A stretch of DNA of 64,000 nt. Source: an uncultured Bacilli bacterium (GTDB lineage Bacteria; Bacillota_I; Bacilli_A; RF39; UBA660). A program made the position numbers and the translations under genes. The stretch is taken from assembly GCA_947629445.1 (NCBI GenBank), contig CANRDU010000001.1, forward strand, positions 68,642 through 132,641. The letters are read 5' to 3'. The notes beneath the pieces were generated by a model, which was not told the DNA's origin, searched no databases, and worked only from the letters and a program-made list of their open reading frames with translations. Below are positions 18,479-29,568 of the stretch, one piece after another; the stretch's first letter is position 1; each line of letters begins with the position of its first letter.

Positions 18479-20086
18479 ATGACAAAATATGTATTTGTAA
18501 CAGGTGGTGTATGTTCTGGATTAGGCAAAGGCATTACAGCATCTTCTATTGCTCTTCTTTTAAAAGCCAAAGGCTACAAGGTATTCATGCAAAAATTTGA
18601 TCCTTACATGAACGTAGACCCAGGAACGATGTCTCCTATCCAACATGGAGAAGTTTTTGTAACAGCAGATGGCTGCGAAACAGATCTAGATTTAGGACAT
18701 TATGAACGGTTTATTGACGAAGAATTGAATTATACCTCAAATATTACAAACGGTAAAATTTATTCTAGTGTCATCGAAAAAGAACGACGTGGAGATTATT
18801 TAGGAGCTACCATTCAAATTGTTCCTCATATCTCAAATGAAATAAAAAATAAAATTTATGAGGCAGGAGTATCTAGTAAGGCAGATATCGTTATTACCGA
18901 AATTGGTGGAACTGTTGGAGATATCGAATCTTCTGTAATGATGGAATCTCTTCGGCAATTTCGAATGGAGCAAGGGGTGGAAAATAGCTTATTCGTTCAT
19001 ACCACTTTAGTTCCTTATCTTTTTGGTTCTAATGAATTAAAAACAAAACCAACTCAGAACAGTATTATTGACCTACGACGTTTAGGAATTCAACCAGATA
19101 TTATCGTTACTCGTTCTAATATGGAGTTAGGAGATGCGATTAAAAATAAGATTTCTCTTTTTGGTAGCATTCCAAAGGAAAATATTATTGAAGCCATCGA
19201 TGTCAATAATATCTATCAAATTCCTATCAATTTTCATAAGCAAAATATTGAAGATATTATTCTCAATCAATTTAAACTTCCTATTCAACCTAGTAACTTA
19301 AAATATTGGGAAGATTTAATTGATACCGTATCCAATTTAAAGAAAGAAATAGAGATTTCTCTTGTTGGTAAATATGTCGAGTTACATGATGCCTACCTAT
19401 CTGTCATGGAGGCCTTAAAACATGCAGGATATAAACACAACCGCAAAGTAATTATCAACTGGGTAAACTCAGAATCTCTTGAAAAAGAAAATGCAAACTT
19501 AGATGAAATTTTCAAAAACTCAAAAGGTATCCTAGTTCCTGGCGGCTTTGGTCAACGAGGAATCGAAGGTAAAATTAAAGCTTGTGAATACGCTAGAACT
19601 CATAATATTCCTTACTTAGGTCTTTGTTTAGGAATGCAAATCGCCGTTATTGAATTTGCTCGTCACGTATGTCAAATAGAAGATGCTTCTTCTAGAGAAT
19701 TTAAAGAAACTTGTAAGAATCCTATTATTGACCTCATGGCTGAACAAAAAACCATTATTAATATGGGAGGAACTTTAAGACTTGGAAATTACGAATGCAG
19801 CATTCAAAAAAATACCTTAACCCATAAAATTTATAAAGCGGATAAAATCTTGGAAAGACATCGACATCGTTATGAGTTTAATAATAAATATAAAGAAGAA
19901 CTAGAAAAACATGGTCTTGTTTTTTCAGGAATTAACGAACCAAGTAATCTAGTAGAAATCATTGAATATCCAAAACATCCTTTTTTCGTAGCTTGTCAAT
20001 TTCATCCAGAATTCAAATCAAGACCGACAAGACCACATCCACTTTTTGATGCTTTCTTGAAAGCCGCTATAGATTACAAAAAATAA
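18479..20086 (+). CDS. pyrG: CTP synthase
   Basis: TKYVFVTGGVCSGLGKG, VPGGFG, LGLCLGMQ, RHRHRYE and QFHPEF motifs; SD GGGAGG. Confidence 0.98.
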   Translation: MTKYVFVTGGVCSGLGKGITASSIALLLKAKGYKVFMQKFDPYMNVDPGTMSPIQHGEVFVTADGCETDLDLGHYERFIDEELNYTSNITNGKIYSSVIEKERRGDYLGATIQIVPHISNEIKNKIYEAGVSSKADIVITEIGGTVGDIESSVMMESLRQFRMEQGVENSLFVHTTLVPYLFGSNELKTKPTQNSIIDLRRLGIQPDIIVTRSNMELGDAIKNKISLFGSIPKENIIEAIDVNNIYQIPINFHKQNIEDIILNQFKLPIQPSNLKYWEDLIDTVSNLKKEIEISLVGKYVELHDAYLSVMEALKHAGYKHNRKVIINWVNSESLEKENANLDEIFKNSKGILVPGGFGQRGIEGKIKACEYARTHNIPYLGLCLGMQIAVIEFARHVCQIEDASSREFKETCKNPIIDLMAEQKTIINMGGTLRLGNYECSIQKNTLTHKIYKADKILERHRHRYEFNNKYKEELEKHGLVFSGINEPSNLVEIIEYPKHPFFVACQFHPEFKSRPTRPHPLFDAFLKAAIDYKK

Positions 20087-20110
20087 AAGGGTTTCCCCTT
20101 TTATTTTTTT
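20082..20110. terminator. Bidirectional terminator between pyrG and the AraC gene
   Basis: AAAATAAAAGGG-TTT-CCCTTTTATTTT inverted repeat. Confidence 0.75.
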
Positions 20111-20630
20111 ATGCCGCTTTTTTGGAATCTGGATGAATTAAAAGTTTTTGTTTTGGGCGGTCCTCCTTACGAATAGTTTCCTCAACCTGTTTCATAGGTT
20201 CCCCTACGATTTGATTTCGTAAGTTGTGTAAAAATTTCAAATCTTCTTCTATTTGTTGTAATCTTGTCTTTTCCATATTCTCCTCCTCTACTCGGGGGAT
20301 GAGATAACCACTTTTTCTAAATTGTAATGGACTTACTCCCACCATTTTATAAAATGTTTCTGAATAATATTCTAAAGAATGAAACCCATGTTTTAAAGCA
20401 ATTTTCAAAATTTTATCATCAGTATTTACTAAATCCTGAATACTAGCATTTATTTTTTGAAAATTACGATACTGCGTAATCGTAAGTCCTACTGTTTTTT
20501 TAAACATCTTCATTAAGTAGTGCCTATTAAAATGAAAGGTAACTGCTAAATCTTCGATAGATACCTCTTCACCTTGATTGGCATCTAGATAATCTACTAT
20601 GTTTTCAACAACCGTCTTCCTATTCTCCAT
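20109..20630 (-). CDS. AraC-family transcriptional regulator (HTH only)
   Basis: LAVTFHFNRHYLMKMFKKTVG and IALKHGFHSLEYYSETFYKMVGVSPLQFR double HTH; no N-terminal sensor domain. Confidence 0.88.
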   Translation of the reverse strand: MENRKTVVENIVDYLDANQGEEVSIEDLAVTFHFNRHYLMKMFKKTVGLTITQYRNFQKINASIQDLVNTDDKILKIALKHGFHSLEYYSETFYKMVGVSPLQFRKSGYLIPRVEEENMEKTRLQQIEEDLKFLHNLRNQIVGEPMKQVEETIRKEDRPKQKLLIHPDSKKAA

Positions 20631-20744
20631 ATTATCCCCCTTGATATTCCGTATTATATTTGAAAATTAGAACAAATTCTTAAACATTTGTGGCATATTT
20701 TATCAAAAAAAGCATATTTTTGCAAATTTCCAATAAAAAAAGGG

Positions 20745-22025
20745 CTAATCTACCCTCTTTGCCATAACATATGGATAAGATACTTTCTCAAGAATTACCT
20801 CTACATTTTGATGTAATTCTTCTTTCTTTCCTGTAGACTTAATCGCTAGATAATTGCCAGTATGTCCCATTAGAAATCCATCCTCATATTTTTCAGGAAT
20901 AAAAAGAAGTTTCTTCCCTATAAATTTTTCCATATATTCTATTTCTAATTTTTTACTAATTTCTAACATTCTTTGAACACGTTCTTTTTTTATCTTCTCA
21001 CTAACATGATTAGGAAGTTCTTCTGCTTTTGTCCCTTTTCTTAAAGAAAATGGGAATACATGAATTTTACTAAAACGAATTTTTAAAATCGTATCAATAG
21101 TTTCTTGGAATAATTCTTCCGTTTCCCCTGGGAACCCGACAATCAAATCCGTTGTAAGAGATATATCCGGTCTAATCTTTCTAATTTCTTCTACTTTATG
21201 AAGAAAATAAGACTTATCATATTTTCGATTCATACTTTTTAAAATAGTATCCGATCCACTTTGAATAGGTATATGTAAATGATCAACAATAACAGGATAT
21301 TCTTTTAAAACTCGCAAGAATTCTTGATCTAATTCCGTAATTTCAATGGAGGAAATACGTAAACGTTCTAACCCTTCTATTTTTACAATTTCTTCTAATA
21401 GTTTTGGAAAAGAATAATCCTTCAAATCAGCACCATAATGTCCCGTATGAATTCCTGTTAACACAATCTCGCGATGTCCCTGTTTTACTAACGAAGCAAT
21501 CTCCTGAATAGCAACAGTAGGTTCTTTACTTCTAACTTTTCCCCTCGTATAAGGAATAATACAGTAAGAGCAGTAATTTTCACAACCATCTTCTATTTTT
21601 ACGAAAGCACGAGTACGATTAAAATTATTTAATACCATGGTTTCAAAAGGACAACTCATAATATTTTCAACCGCAATAATGGGTTGATGATTCTTACGAT
21701 ACTGTTCAATAAAAGATACAATCTCACTTTTATAACGATTTCCAAGTAAAATAGATACTCCCTCTAAATGAGCCTTTTCTGGCTCTGCTTGAACCATGCA
21801 TCCACATACGATAATAATCGCCTCTTTATTTTTTCTAAGACATTGTCTTACTACCTTTAAAGATTTATGAGCACTCGTATCCGTGACGGTACAAGTATTA
21901 ATAATGTAAATATCAGCAATTCCTTCTTCTTGTTCTTGATATCCTGCATTTTCTAATGCATCTTTCATTACATTAGATTCATAGGTATTTACCTTACAAC
22001 CTAAAGTATATATTTGAAATGTCAT
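20745..22025 (-). CDS. mtaB: tRNA t6A methylthiotransferase
   Basis: TLGCKVNTYES, INTCTVT and radical SAM motif GCENYCSYC; near rsmE. Confidence 0.93.
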   Translation of the reverse strand: MTFQIYTLGCKVNTYESNVMKDALENAGYQEQEEGIADIYIINTCTVTDTSAHKSLKVVRQCLRKNKEAIIIVCGCMVQAEPEKAHLEGVSILLGNRYKSEIVSFIEQYRKNHQPIIAVENIMSCPFETMVLNNFNRTRAFVKIEDGCENYCSYCIIPYTRGKVRSKEPTVAIQEIASLVKQGHREIVLTGIHTGHYGADLKDYSFPKLLEEIVKIEGLERLRISSIEITELDQEFLRVLKEYPVIVDHLHIPIQSGSDTILKSMNRKYDKSYFLHKVEEIRKIRPDISLTTDLIVGFPGETEELFQETIDTILKIRFSKIHVFPFSLRKGTKAEELPNHVSEKIKKERVQRMLEISKKLEIEYMEKFIGKKLLFIPEKYEDGFLMGHTGNYLAIKSTGKKEELHQNVEVILEKVSYPYVMAKRVD

Positions 22026-22062
22026 ACTATCACTCCTAAAAAAATAAGCCTAATAAATAGGC

Positions 22063-23439
22063 TTATAAACTATCACGAAAATCTTTTAACGCTTGTAGCA
22101 AATCTTCATTTTTCGATAAATCATGGCTACTGAAAGTATCCTTTTTTGCTTTTTGGTCTTCCGCTGCCATTGCCTTAGAACCTATCATATCACTTTTACC
22201 TAGTTCTGGCAACTCTTCTATTGTATTAAGAGACTGTTTTTTTTCATCATCACGATTAAATTTTTTAACACTAGAGTATTCTGCTTCTGGCTCTACTATA
22301 CGACCAAACACGGGAGAAATCACTTCTGTCTTTTTAAACCTTCCTTCATCTGGAATACTATTTCTTAAGGCTTCTCTTACTGCCTGTCTAGCTTTTTCTT
22401 CTGTTTCTTGTTCCTGACGGCTTTTTTCCTTACCCAACGTTTCAATTTCTTCCGTATCCATTTCAAAGAGAGATTCCACTGGCGTTTCTGTAATCGTATC
22501 CATAATAGAATCTAGTGTTTCTATCTTTGGAGTAGCTTCTGCTATAGTAGGAATTTCTTCAATGGTTTCTTCTGAATCAGGTTCAAAAATAGATTCTACC
22601 TCTTCTATTTTTTTCTCTTTAGACTCTTCTGCTGTTGGACGTCCTATTTGCTCAATTAATTCTACCATCTTTTGATTTTGAGGACTTTTTTCTTTAGATT
22701 GTTCTGGTAAGAAATCAGATACTGTCGCTAAAGGTTTAGATTCTAATTCATCCTCAAAATTATTATCCCTATTTTTTACGACATCTACTAATTCTTGATA
22801 ACTAATAATAGATTGAGCTTCTTGCTCTTGTTCAAACTTACGAACAACTTCTTCAGGAGTCATTTCTTGTTTTTCTTTTAATTCATAAAGAGCATCTTTA
22901 ATGGCATCATTATCAATTTCTTCCATGGCTTCTTTAATCGCTTCTTCATGTTCTTGATCAATTCTCTTTTCGATTTCTTTCTCATCGACGTTCTCTAAAG
23001 CAGCCACTTGTTCTTCTGTGTATTCTTCCTCCACTACTTCTTCGGCTTCTTCTGAGTCTTCTTCCTCATTTTTTGAAATTACCTCTTTTGGTTCTTCCTT
23101 TTTTTCTTTTTTCTCTATTTCTATTTTTTCAGATTTTTCTTTTTTTTCGGTTTTTTCACTTTTCCCCGTTTTTTCAATTTTTTCTTCTTTTTCTGTTTTT
23201 TCTACTTTTTCCTTATTACTTGGTTTCTTCTTTTTTGTCACTGGCTTATCGATAATATTTTTCGATTTTACCTTAGCCAATTCTTTTTTATCCAAATCTT
23301 CTTCATAAATTGGAATCTTCTTTTTGCGAAATCCCTTAATAATAGAAATAACGAGCGCTAAAAAGATAATGACAAGAATGGCAATTATACCAATAAATAC
23401 ATAAGTATTACCAACTATTGCGTCTAAAATTTTTCCCAT
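22063..23439 (-). CDS. Hypothetical membrane-anchored, highly acidic protein
   Basis: N-terminal TM helix followed by long E/K-rich low-complexity regions. Confidence 0.75.
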   Translation of the reverse strand: MGKILDAIVGNTYVFIGIIAILVIIFLALVISIIKGFRKKKIPIYEEDLDKKELAKVKSKNIIDKPVTKKKKPSNKEKVEKTEKEEKIEKTGKSEKTEKKEKSEKIEIEKKEKKEEPKEVISKNEEEDSEEAEEVVEEEYTEEQVAALENVDEKEIEKRIDQEHEEAIKEAMEEIDNDAIKDALYELKEKQEMTPEEVVRKFEQEQEAQSIISYQELVDVVKNRDNNFEDELESKPLATVSDFLPEQSKEKSPQNQKMVELIEQIGRPTAEESKEKKIEEVESIFEPDSEETIEEIPTIAEATPKIETLDSIMDTITETPVESLFEMDTEEIETLGKEKSRQEQETEEKARQAVREALRNSIPDEGRFKKTEVISPVFGRIVEPEAEYSSVKKFNRDDEKKQSLNTIEELPELGKSDMIGSKAMAAEDQKAKKDTFSSHDLSKNEDLLQALKDFRDSL

Positions 23440-23443
23440 AGTA

Positions 23444-24157
23444 TCACTCCATAAATTCGTACCGGATTATACTTGATAAAAAGATGGGTACTGTCTCTAC
23501 CCTCATAATCTGCGTACCTAAACTAACTCTCATAAACCCCTTTTTTTCAAAGTATTGTTCTTCTTCTTCTGAAAAGCCACCCTCCGGACCTATCATCAAG
23601 TTTATTGTATCATACATATCATGATTTTTCAAAAGTTTTTTAATAGTTTTTTCTTTTTCTATCGTGCTACAGAGTAACTTTAATCCCTCTAAATTTTCCA
23701 AGTTCTCCCTATTCCTTTCTATACGAACAATAGGAATCGTAGTACGCATAGATTGCTCTGATGCCTCTTTACATATCCTTGACCATCTTTCTATCTTGGA
23801 AGACTCCTTACTTGGTTCTACCTTTACAATTGAACGTTCCGTCGAAGAGAAGACGAATTCATCCACCCCTAACTCTGTTCCTTTTTGGAGAATTATATCC
23901 ATTTTTTGTTCTTTTAAAAAGGGTAAAATTAGTACTATTTTGGGGAACTTGGCATCTTCTTGTAAACACTGTTTTAAAACTTTTATGACGATTTCTTTGT
24001 TTACATATTCTATACAGCACAAATAGACACAACCATCGTATACCACTTCTATTTGATCTCCGGAATTCATCCGCATAACCGTACGAATATGATGATAATC
24101 TTCTTCCTGTAAAAAGAATTCTTGTTCTCTTTTTTCTTTTGCAAAGTATCTCTGCAT
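23444..24157 (-). CDS. rsmE: 16S rRNA m3U1498 methyltransferase
   Basis: MQRYF, HHIRTVMRM, QKGTELGV, EASEQS, IGPEGGF and RVETVP motifs. Confidence 0.95.
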   Translation of the reverse strand: MQRYFAKEKREQEFFLQEEDYHHIRTVMRMNSGDQIEVVYDGCVYLCCIEYVNKEIVIKVLKQCLQEDAKFPKIVLILPFLKEQKMDIILQKGTELGVDEFVFSSTERSIVKVEPSKESSKIERWSRICKEASEQSMRTTIPIVRIERNRENLENLEGLKLLCSTIEKEKTIKKLLKNHDMYDTINLMIGPEGGFSEEEEQYFEKKGFMRVSLGTQIMRVETVPIFLSSIIRYEFME

Positions 24158-24181
24158 AATTCCTCCTAATAAGAAAGAAGC

Positions 24182-24883
24182 TTACGCTTCCTCTTTTATT
24201 TTGCTTACTCCAGTTAATTTTTCCTTATCGATTAAATCATTAACTGTTTCGCGACTTACAATATTTTTATCTACTAGTAACTGTAGCGTTTCTTGATTAA
24301 GTTTCTCTCGATCATCAATGTCTTTATATTCTTCTAGCAAGCTATCAAAATCTTGAAACATTTCTACAGAATCAGAACAAATTTGTGATAATACCGGAGT
24401 ACTGTTTAAAATTTTAGTAGTTAATTTTGACGTTTTTATTTGATCTATTCGGAATACTGGTAAGCTTAAAAAATAAAGAGTTACAAAAAGAAAGATAAAG
24501 TTTTCTACTAAGCCTACTAAAGCACCTAATATTTTAGAAGGAATCCCTAAAACAATCGTCATTTTTAATAATCTTTCAAAAACATTCGTAGTAGCTTTTA
24601 TAATTCTCAATATAGATACAAAAAAGACAAATAGGATAAAAAAAGCAATAACCTCATATAAAATTAGATTGAGGGAAGTAAGACCTTCTAATTTTCCTGA
24701 AAACTGAAAGAATGGCAAATATTGATAGAAGAAATTTGATACGATTCCTTTCAACAAAAATGATAATACAATCACGGCAAGAGACCCTATCGTATCCACT
24801 AATTGACTAGTAAATCCCTTCTGAAAGCCAACCGCTAATCCAAATAATAACATTAAGACAATAATGACATCTACAATATTCAT
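24182..24883 (-). CDS. cvpA: CvpA family membrane protein
   Basis: MNIVDVII..GFQKGF and KILGALVG motifs with multiple TMs; SD AGGAGG; divergent from rnhC. Confidence 0.85.
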   Translation of the reverse strand: MNIVDVIIVLMLLFGLAVGFQKGFTSQLVDTIGSLAVIVLSFLLKGIVSNFFYQYLPFFQFSGKLEGLTSLNLILYEVIAFFILFVFFVSILRIIKATTNVFERLLKMTIVLGIPSKILGALVGLVENFIFLFVTLYFLSLPVFRIDQIKTSKLTTKILNSTPVLSQICSDSVEMFQDFDSLLEEYKDIDDREKLNQETLQLLVDKNIVSRETVNDLIDKEKLTGVSKIKEEA

Positions 24884-24992
24884 AAATCCTCCTATTCCTA
24901 CTTTGATTATATCACATTCCCTAAAAAAAGCAATGTGGATAACATTCCAAACTTTTGTAAAATATGTTACAATACAAGTAGGAAGTGATTTC

Positions 24993-25943
24993 ATGACAAT
25001 TACATTAAAAGTAAGTGAAAATACCAAACAAGAAATGCAAGAATTCTTTGAAGAATACAAACGAGAAAAGACTCCACCATATGCGATATTTCAAGCAGAT
25101 GATGCCGACTGTGTCGTAACATTATACGAATCTGGTAAAGCTGTTTTTCAAGGGATGAGTGCAGATATTTCGGCTCAACTTTGGATTGAACGCGAAAGAC
25201 ATTTAAATCCTACTAAAAAAGTAGATGTCAAAAATAGTGAAACGGAGAAAAAAGAGAAAAAGGAACTCTATATCGATCCTAAGATTTATCATTCGAATAG
25301 TATTGGTTCCGATGAGGTTGGAACAGGAGATTATTTTGGACCTATCGTTGTAACAAGTGCTTATGTTGCCAAGGACCAAATTCCCTGGTTAGAAGAATTA
25401 GGTGTGAAAGATTCTAAAAAACTAACAGATGAGAAAATTATGGAAATTGTACCCCAGATTATCAAAAAGATTCCTTATAAAAGCATTATTCTTACCAATA
25501 AGGAGTACAATGAACGCTATAGCAAAGATATGAATATGAACAAACTAAAAGCTATTCTCCATAACAAAGTACTTCTCCAATTAACCTCAGAAATTAAAGA
25601 TTATGATTACGTAGTTGTCGATGAATTCGCCAAACCATATGTCTATTTTCACTATCTAAAAGAAAGCAACCAAGTATTTCGAAAGATTACTTTTTTAACC
25701 AAGGGCGAAGATAAATCCCTTGCCGTTGCCTGTGCTTCTTTAATCAGTCGTTATATCTTTCTACAACAATTTGAAAAATTATCAAGAGAATTAGATATGT
25801 TTCTTCCAAAAGGAGCTTCCACTACAGTAGATGAAGCAGGAATGAAAATTATTCATAAATATGGAAAAGAAAAATTAAAAGAAATTGCCAAATATAATTT
25901 TAAAAATACAGAAAAAATCATCAATCAAAAAGAAAAGGAATAA
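24993..25943 (+). CDS. rnhC: Ribonuclease HIII
   Basis: N-terminal TBP-like domain (YESGKAVFQG), IGSDEVGTGDYFGP, GVKDSKKL and VACASLISR motifs. Confidence 0.95.
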   Translation: MTITLKVSENTKQEMQEFFEEYKREKTPPYAIFQADDADCVVTLYESGKAVFQGMSADISAQLWIERERHLNPTKKVDVKNSETEKKEKKELYIDPKIYHSNSIGSDEVGTGDYFGPIVVTSAYVAKDQIPWLEELGVKDSKKLTDEKIMEIVPQIIKKIPYKSIILTNKEYNERYSKDMNMNKLKAILHNKVLLQLTSEIKDYDYVVVDEFAKPYVYFHYLKESNQVFRKITFLTKGEDKSLAVACASLISRYIFLQQFEKLSRELDMFLPKGASTTVDEAGMKIIHKYGKEKLKEIAKYNFKNTEKIINQKEKE

Positions 25944-25956
25944 TTCCTTTTCTTTT

Positions 25957-27474
25957 TTATTTCGTTACCATAAATCCTGTAGCAATCCATCTTGTCTTAT
26001 GTAGTAAATCGCCATCGATAGGATCATTAATTAATTTACCATTCTCAACAAAGTTAGAAGAAGTACCACCATCTAAGTTTGCCGCATTAACAGCTCCATA
26101 ACGGTCCATAATCTCCATCATTTCAACCATATTAGCGCCTTTCGTACGAGCAGCATTACTGTCAACTACTAAGAATAAAACGATACCATCTGCTCTTTGA
26201 CCGATGGCAGTTCGAGCAGCGCCTCCCCAGCCACCATTTCCTTTCGCATAAGCAAGTTTTCCATTAACAATTAAGAATGGTCCCCAAGATACCGCATCAC
26301 GAACTCCCATCTCAATCGCTTCTTTCGCGGTTGTATTTTTAAGAAGTACTAACTTATTTTCACGAGTAAAACCAATAATTCCTCCTATACCTTTGCTTCC
26401 ATATTCATTATTGGTAATAATTTTTCCATCGGCAATCGTAATTCCCAATGGTTGTCCACCAGTACTAGAGTGTCCTGGATCTCTAAATCCGGAACCATTA
26501 ATCGCTATTAAAGCATCTTTATCTTTTACCATATCCGTCAAATATTGCCCTTTTGAACCAAGATATTTTGTTGTTACTACTTTAACTTTGGATGGATCAT
26601 AAATTACTCCTAGATAAGCATTACATCCATTTACTTGAAAACGAATAATTTTATAGATATCTTCTGGGTTATGCGTTAAAACAGCTTCTTCATATTCGTT
26701 TTCATAAACTGGTTTTTCTTCTTCCTGTTTTTCTTCCTTTTCCTCTATTTCAATTAAATCAGGATTCGTCGATTCATCTCGTTCTTTGATATAGTTTCTA
26801 GAAAATACTTCCTCAATTTCGGCTTCACTATAAAACCATTTACAATAATATTCATGATTCATCGTTGCCATTGCTGTTGTGACTAACCAGTCTTTAAAAC
26901 TCGTATTAGGTCCATACAACAAAGTTAGAACAACAACACAACCTGTTACGTAACATCCCATAAAGACAGTATATAAACATTTCGCCCATAACTTTTTTGG
27001 ACGAATCGTCCTTGCTTTTCTTCTACGAATATATAAATATATTCCCACTAAAAATAATCCTATGCAAAGTCCCAAAGTAACGATAGCTACATTTTCTAAA
27101 AAAGATGTTACTAACGCATTACTATGAGAAGCGACAATCAAAGCAGAAATTAATCCAGGAATAAATAGTAAACTAATAATCATACAGAGTTTTCCATATC
27201 TTTTTTGTTTGCTTTTAATAGAATATTGTGGTTTCCTATTTTTTTCTTCTTCTATTTGAATGTTCTTATTCTTCTCTACTCGACTTTTCTTTTCCACTTC
27301 TTTTTTACCTTCCTGTTTATCTTCTTTTTTTTCTTTTTTTGCTGGATAACTAGGAATGGGTGCAGATTCTAATGTGTCGGGATCCTCATAGACAGGAACA
27401 ACCATCTCATCTTCACTATAATCAGGAATAACTTCCTCTCTTATCCTTTTTTCCTTTTTTTCATCATTGTTCAT
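25957..27474 (-). CDS. Membrane-anchored phosphodiester glycosidase (NAGPA/DUF2233) family protein
   Basis: AINGSGF, GPFLIVNG, RTAIGQ and NLDGGTSS motifs; charged N-terminus plus TM helices. Confidence 0.85.
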   Translation of the reverse strand: MNNDEKKEKRIREEVIPDYSEDEMVVPVYEDPDTLESAPIPSYPAKKEKKEDKQEGKKEVEKKSRVEKNKNIQIEEEKNRKPQYSIKSKQKRYGKLCMIISLLFIPGLISALIVASHSNALVTSFLENVAIVTLGLCIGLFLVGIYLYIRRRKARTIRPKKLWAKCLYTVFMGCYVTGCVVVLTLLYGPNTSFKDWLVTTAMATMNHEYYCKWFYSEAEIEEVFSRNYIKERDESTNPDLIEIEEKEEKQEEEKPVYENEYEEAVLTHNPEDIYKIIRFQVNGCNAYLGVIYDPSKVKVVTTKYLGSKGQYLTDMVKDKDALIAINGSGFRDPGHSSTGGQPLGITIADGKIITNNEYGSKGIGGIIGFTRENKLVLLKNTTAKEAIEMGVRDAVSWGPFLIVNGKLAYAKGNGGWGGAARTAIGQRADGIVLFLVVDSNAARTKGANMVEMMEIMDRYGAVNAANLDGGTSSNFVENGKLINDPIDGDLLHKTRWIATGFMVTK

Positions 27475-27551
27475 ACATCACACCTACTTACCATAAACAG
27501 TATAACAAAAAAAGAGTGAAAAAGGAACCACTAGGCAAAAAAAAGAACAGT

Positions 27552-28871
27552 TTAATTCTGTTCCTTTTCTTTCAATAATTTCATATATTCGTCTTGCAAT
27601 AGATAAATTTCTTTACTACTCATAAAAAGTATGGCTGCATTATCATATGGAAGAAGTTTGTCTGCCATTCCTTGTTCGATATATTCAGCACCCTCTATTT
27701 TATCAATCAGGGTATAAGCATTTACCCCAGGATACTCTTCAGGCAACTCCCTATCATAGTTAATATCCATGATAAAGGCTTTATCAGCAAGGGATAGTGC
27801 ACTAGCAAACTCATCTGCAAATTCTTGCACTCTTGAAAAAGTATGGGCTTTAAAGACCGCTACAATCGTCTTGTCCGGATACTTTTGGCGAGCAGCTTTA
27901 ATAGTTACCCTCACTTCTGTTGGATGGTGAGCATAATCATCAATTAAAACATTATTCCCAATAAAAGTTTCTTTGAAACGACGAGAAGCCCCTGTAAAAG
28001 TTTTTAAACTTTTCGCAACTTCTTTTGCCTCTAATCTCTCATAATGACACACACCAATCGCTGCTAAAGCATTTAAAAGCATATGCTTTCCAAAGAGTGG
28101 TAAATCAAAATGTCCATAGTATTCTTCTTCAATAAAGACATCAAAACTAGTTCCATCATTACGATATTCAATATTACGAGCTTGTATGTCATTATCATCA
28201 TCCACACCATAATAATAAACCGGTTTACTAATTTCTAGAGAATGGGTATAGGGATCATCCCCACAGATAATAACCATTTTGCCAGCTTTATTAGCAAATT
28301 CTTGATAAGCACTAATCACATCATCAATATTTTTAAAATAATCTGTATGATCTAATTCAATATTCGTAATTACCACATATTCTGGCTCATAAGCCAAGAA
28401 ATGTCTTCGATATTCACAAGACTCTAAAATAAATCTTCTAGATTCTTTATTCGCATAACCATGACCATCTCCAATGATATAATTGCAACCTCCCATATCT
28501 TGCATAATATGGGCTAACATCGAAGTTGTCGTTGTTTTACCATGGCATCCTGCAATACAAATGGTATCAAATTTCTTAGTAAGTTTTCCTAACATTTCAT
28601 GATATTCATAATTTCTAAGATCCATAGCAAATACTTTTTGCATCTCTGGATGTTCATCACGAATTGCCGGAGAACGAACAACAATGGTATCGTTATCTAG
28701 AGCATCATTTGGTCCATTGTAAATAGTGATTCCTCGTTCTACCAAACTATCCTCTGTAAAACGGTGTTCACTAGCATCGTCATATCCAATTACTTCATAG
28801 CCTAAATCAGAAAGTAAAAGTGCGAGTGCACTCATTCCTGCCCCTTTTATTCCTATCAAATAATATTTCAT
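27552..28871 (-). CDS. murC: UDP-N-acetylmuramate--L-alanine ligase
   Basis: IGIKGAGMS, GCHGKTTTT, ESCEY and DDYAHHPTE motifs. Confidence 0.95.
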   Translation of the reverse strand: MKYYLIGIKGAGMSALALLLSDLGYEVIGYDDASEHRFTEDSLVERGITIYNGPNDALDNDTIVVRSPAIRDEHPEMQKVFAMDLRNYEYHEMLGKLTKKFDTICIAGCHGKTTTTSMLAHIMQDMGGCNYIIGDGHGYANKESRRFILESCEYRRHFLAYEPEYVVITNIELDHTDYFKNIDDVISAYQEFANKAGKMVIICGDDPYTHSLEISKPVYYYGVDDDNDIQARNIEYRNDGTSFDVFIEEEYYGHFDLPLFGKHMLLNALAAIGVCHYERLEAKEVAKSLKTFTGASRRFKETFIGNNVLIDDYAHHPTEVRVTIKAARQKYPDKTIVAVFKAHTFSRVQEFADEFASALSLADKAFIMDINYDRELPEEYPGVNAYTLIDKIEGAEYIEQGMADKLLPYDNAAILFMSSKEIYLLQDEYMKLLKEKEQN

Positions 28872-28881
28872 ATGAACTCTC

Positions 28882-29565
28882 CTAACCTATATATTGTACT
28901 AATAGTGGTCCTAAAACTAACAACAACATTAAAGGAACCATAAGTAAAACGGATACAATACTAATCTTATTTGGAATTTGATTCATTTTTTCACGAATAG
29001 TTAAAGTTCTCTTCTCTCTTAAAAATTCAATTTGACTATACATATTTTCTAGAATACTACCTCCAAATTGACTAGCTTCTGTAATGCTTAAAAGGATATT
29101 ATTAATCGCTTCTGATGGAATTCTAGCCTTCATATCCCTCAAAGCCTCTACTAGACTTTTTCCATACTTCGTTTCTTTTAATGTCTTTGCAAATTCTCTA
29201 CTTAGCTCAGAATCTACATTGGAAACAGTAATTTCTAATGCTCTTTCTAGATTCCTACCCGATTCTAATGAAAGTGTTAATACTTCAAAAAAGCCTAAAG
29301 CATCTTTTTCTAGTTTCTCACTTCGTTTTTGAATAGGATAAGTAATCAGTAAATAGTATAACAAATAATAATATAAAATAGCAACAAATGGGATGACAAA
29401 ATAAGACATATCTGTTAGGTAGTAAAGACCAAATATTAATATTAAGGTAGTTAATAATCTAACAGATAGAAATTTAGTAGCCGTAAATTTTGTATCGGTG
29501 CCCAAATAAGCAATTTGTCTCTCTAATTTTTCTACACCTGTCAATTTCCTTTTTCCTTGCCTCAT
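28882..29565 (-). CDS. tadC: Tad pilus assembly protein TadC (T2SS-F family)
   Basis: LSLESGRNLERAL and SQFGGSI T2SSF pattern; last gene of the tad locus. Confidence 0.8.
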   Translation of the reverse strand: MRQGKRKLTGVEKLERQIAYLGTDTKFTATKFLSVRLLTTLILIFGLYYLTDMSYFVIPFVAILYYYLLYYLLITYPIQKRSEKLEKDALGFFEVLTLSLESGRNLERALEITVSNVDSELSREFAKTLKETKYGKSLVEALRDMKARIPSEAINNILLSITEASQFGGSILENMYSQIEFLREKRTLTIREKMNQIPNKISIVSVLLMVPLMLLLVLGPLLVQYIG

Positions 29566-29568
29566 GAA

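Noticed and set aside
23018-23308. S/F-rich plus-strand ORFs
   Set aside because: Antisense of the E/K-rich low-complexity region of 22063-23439.
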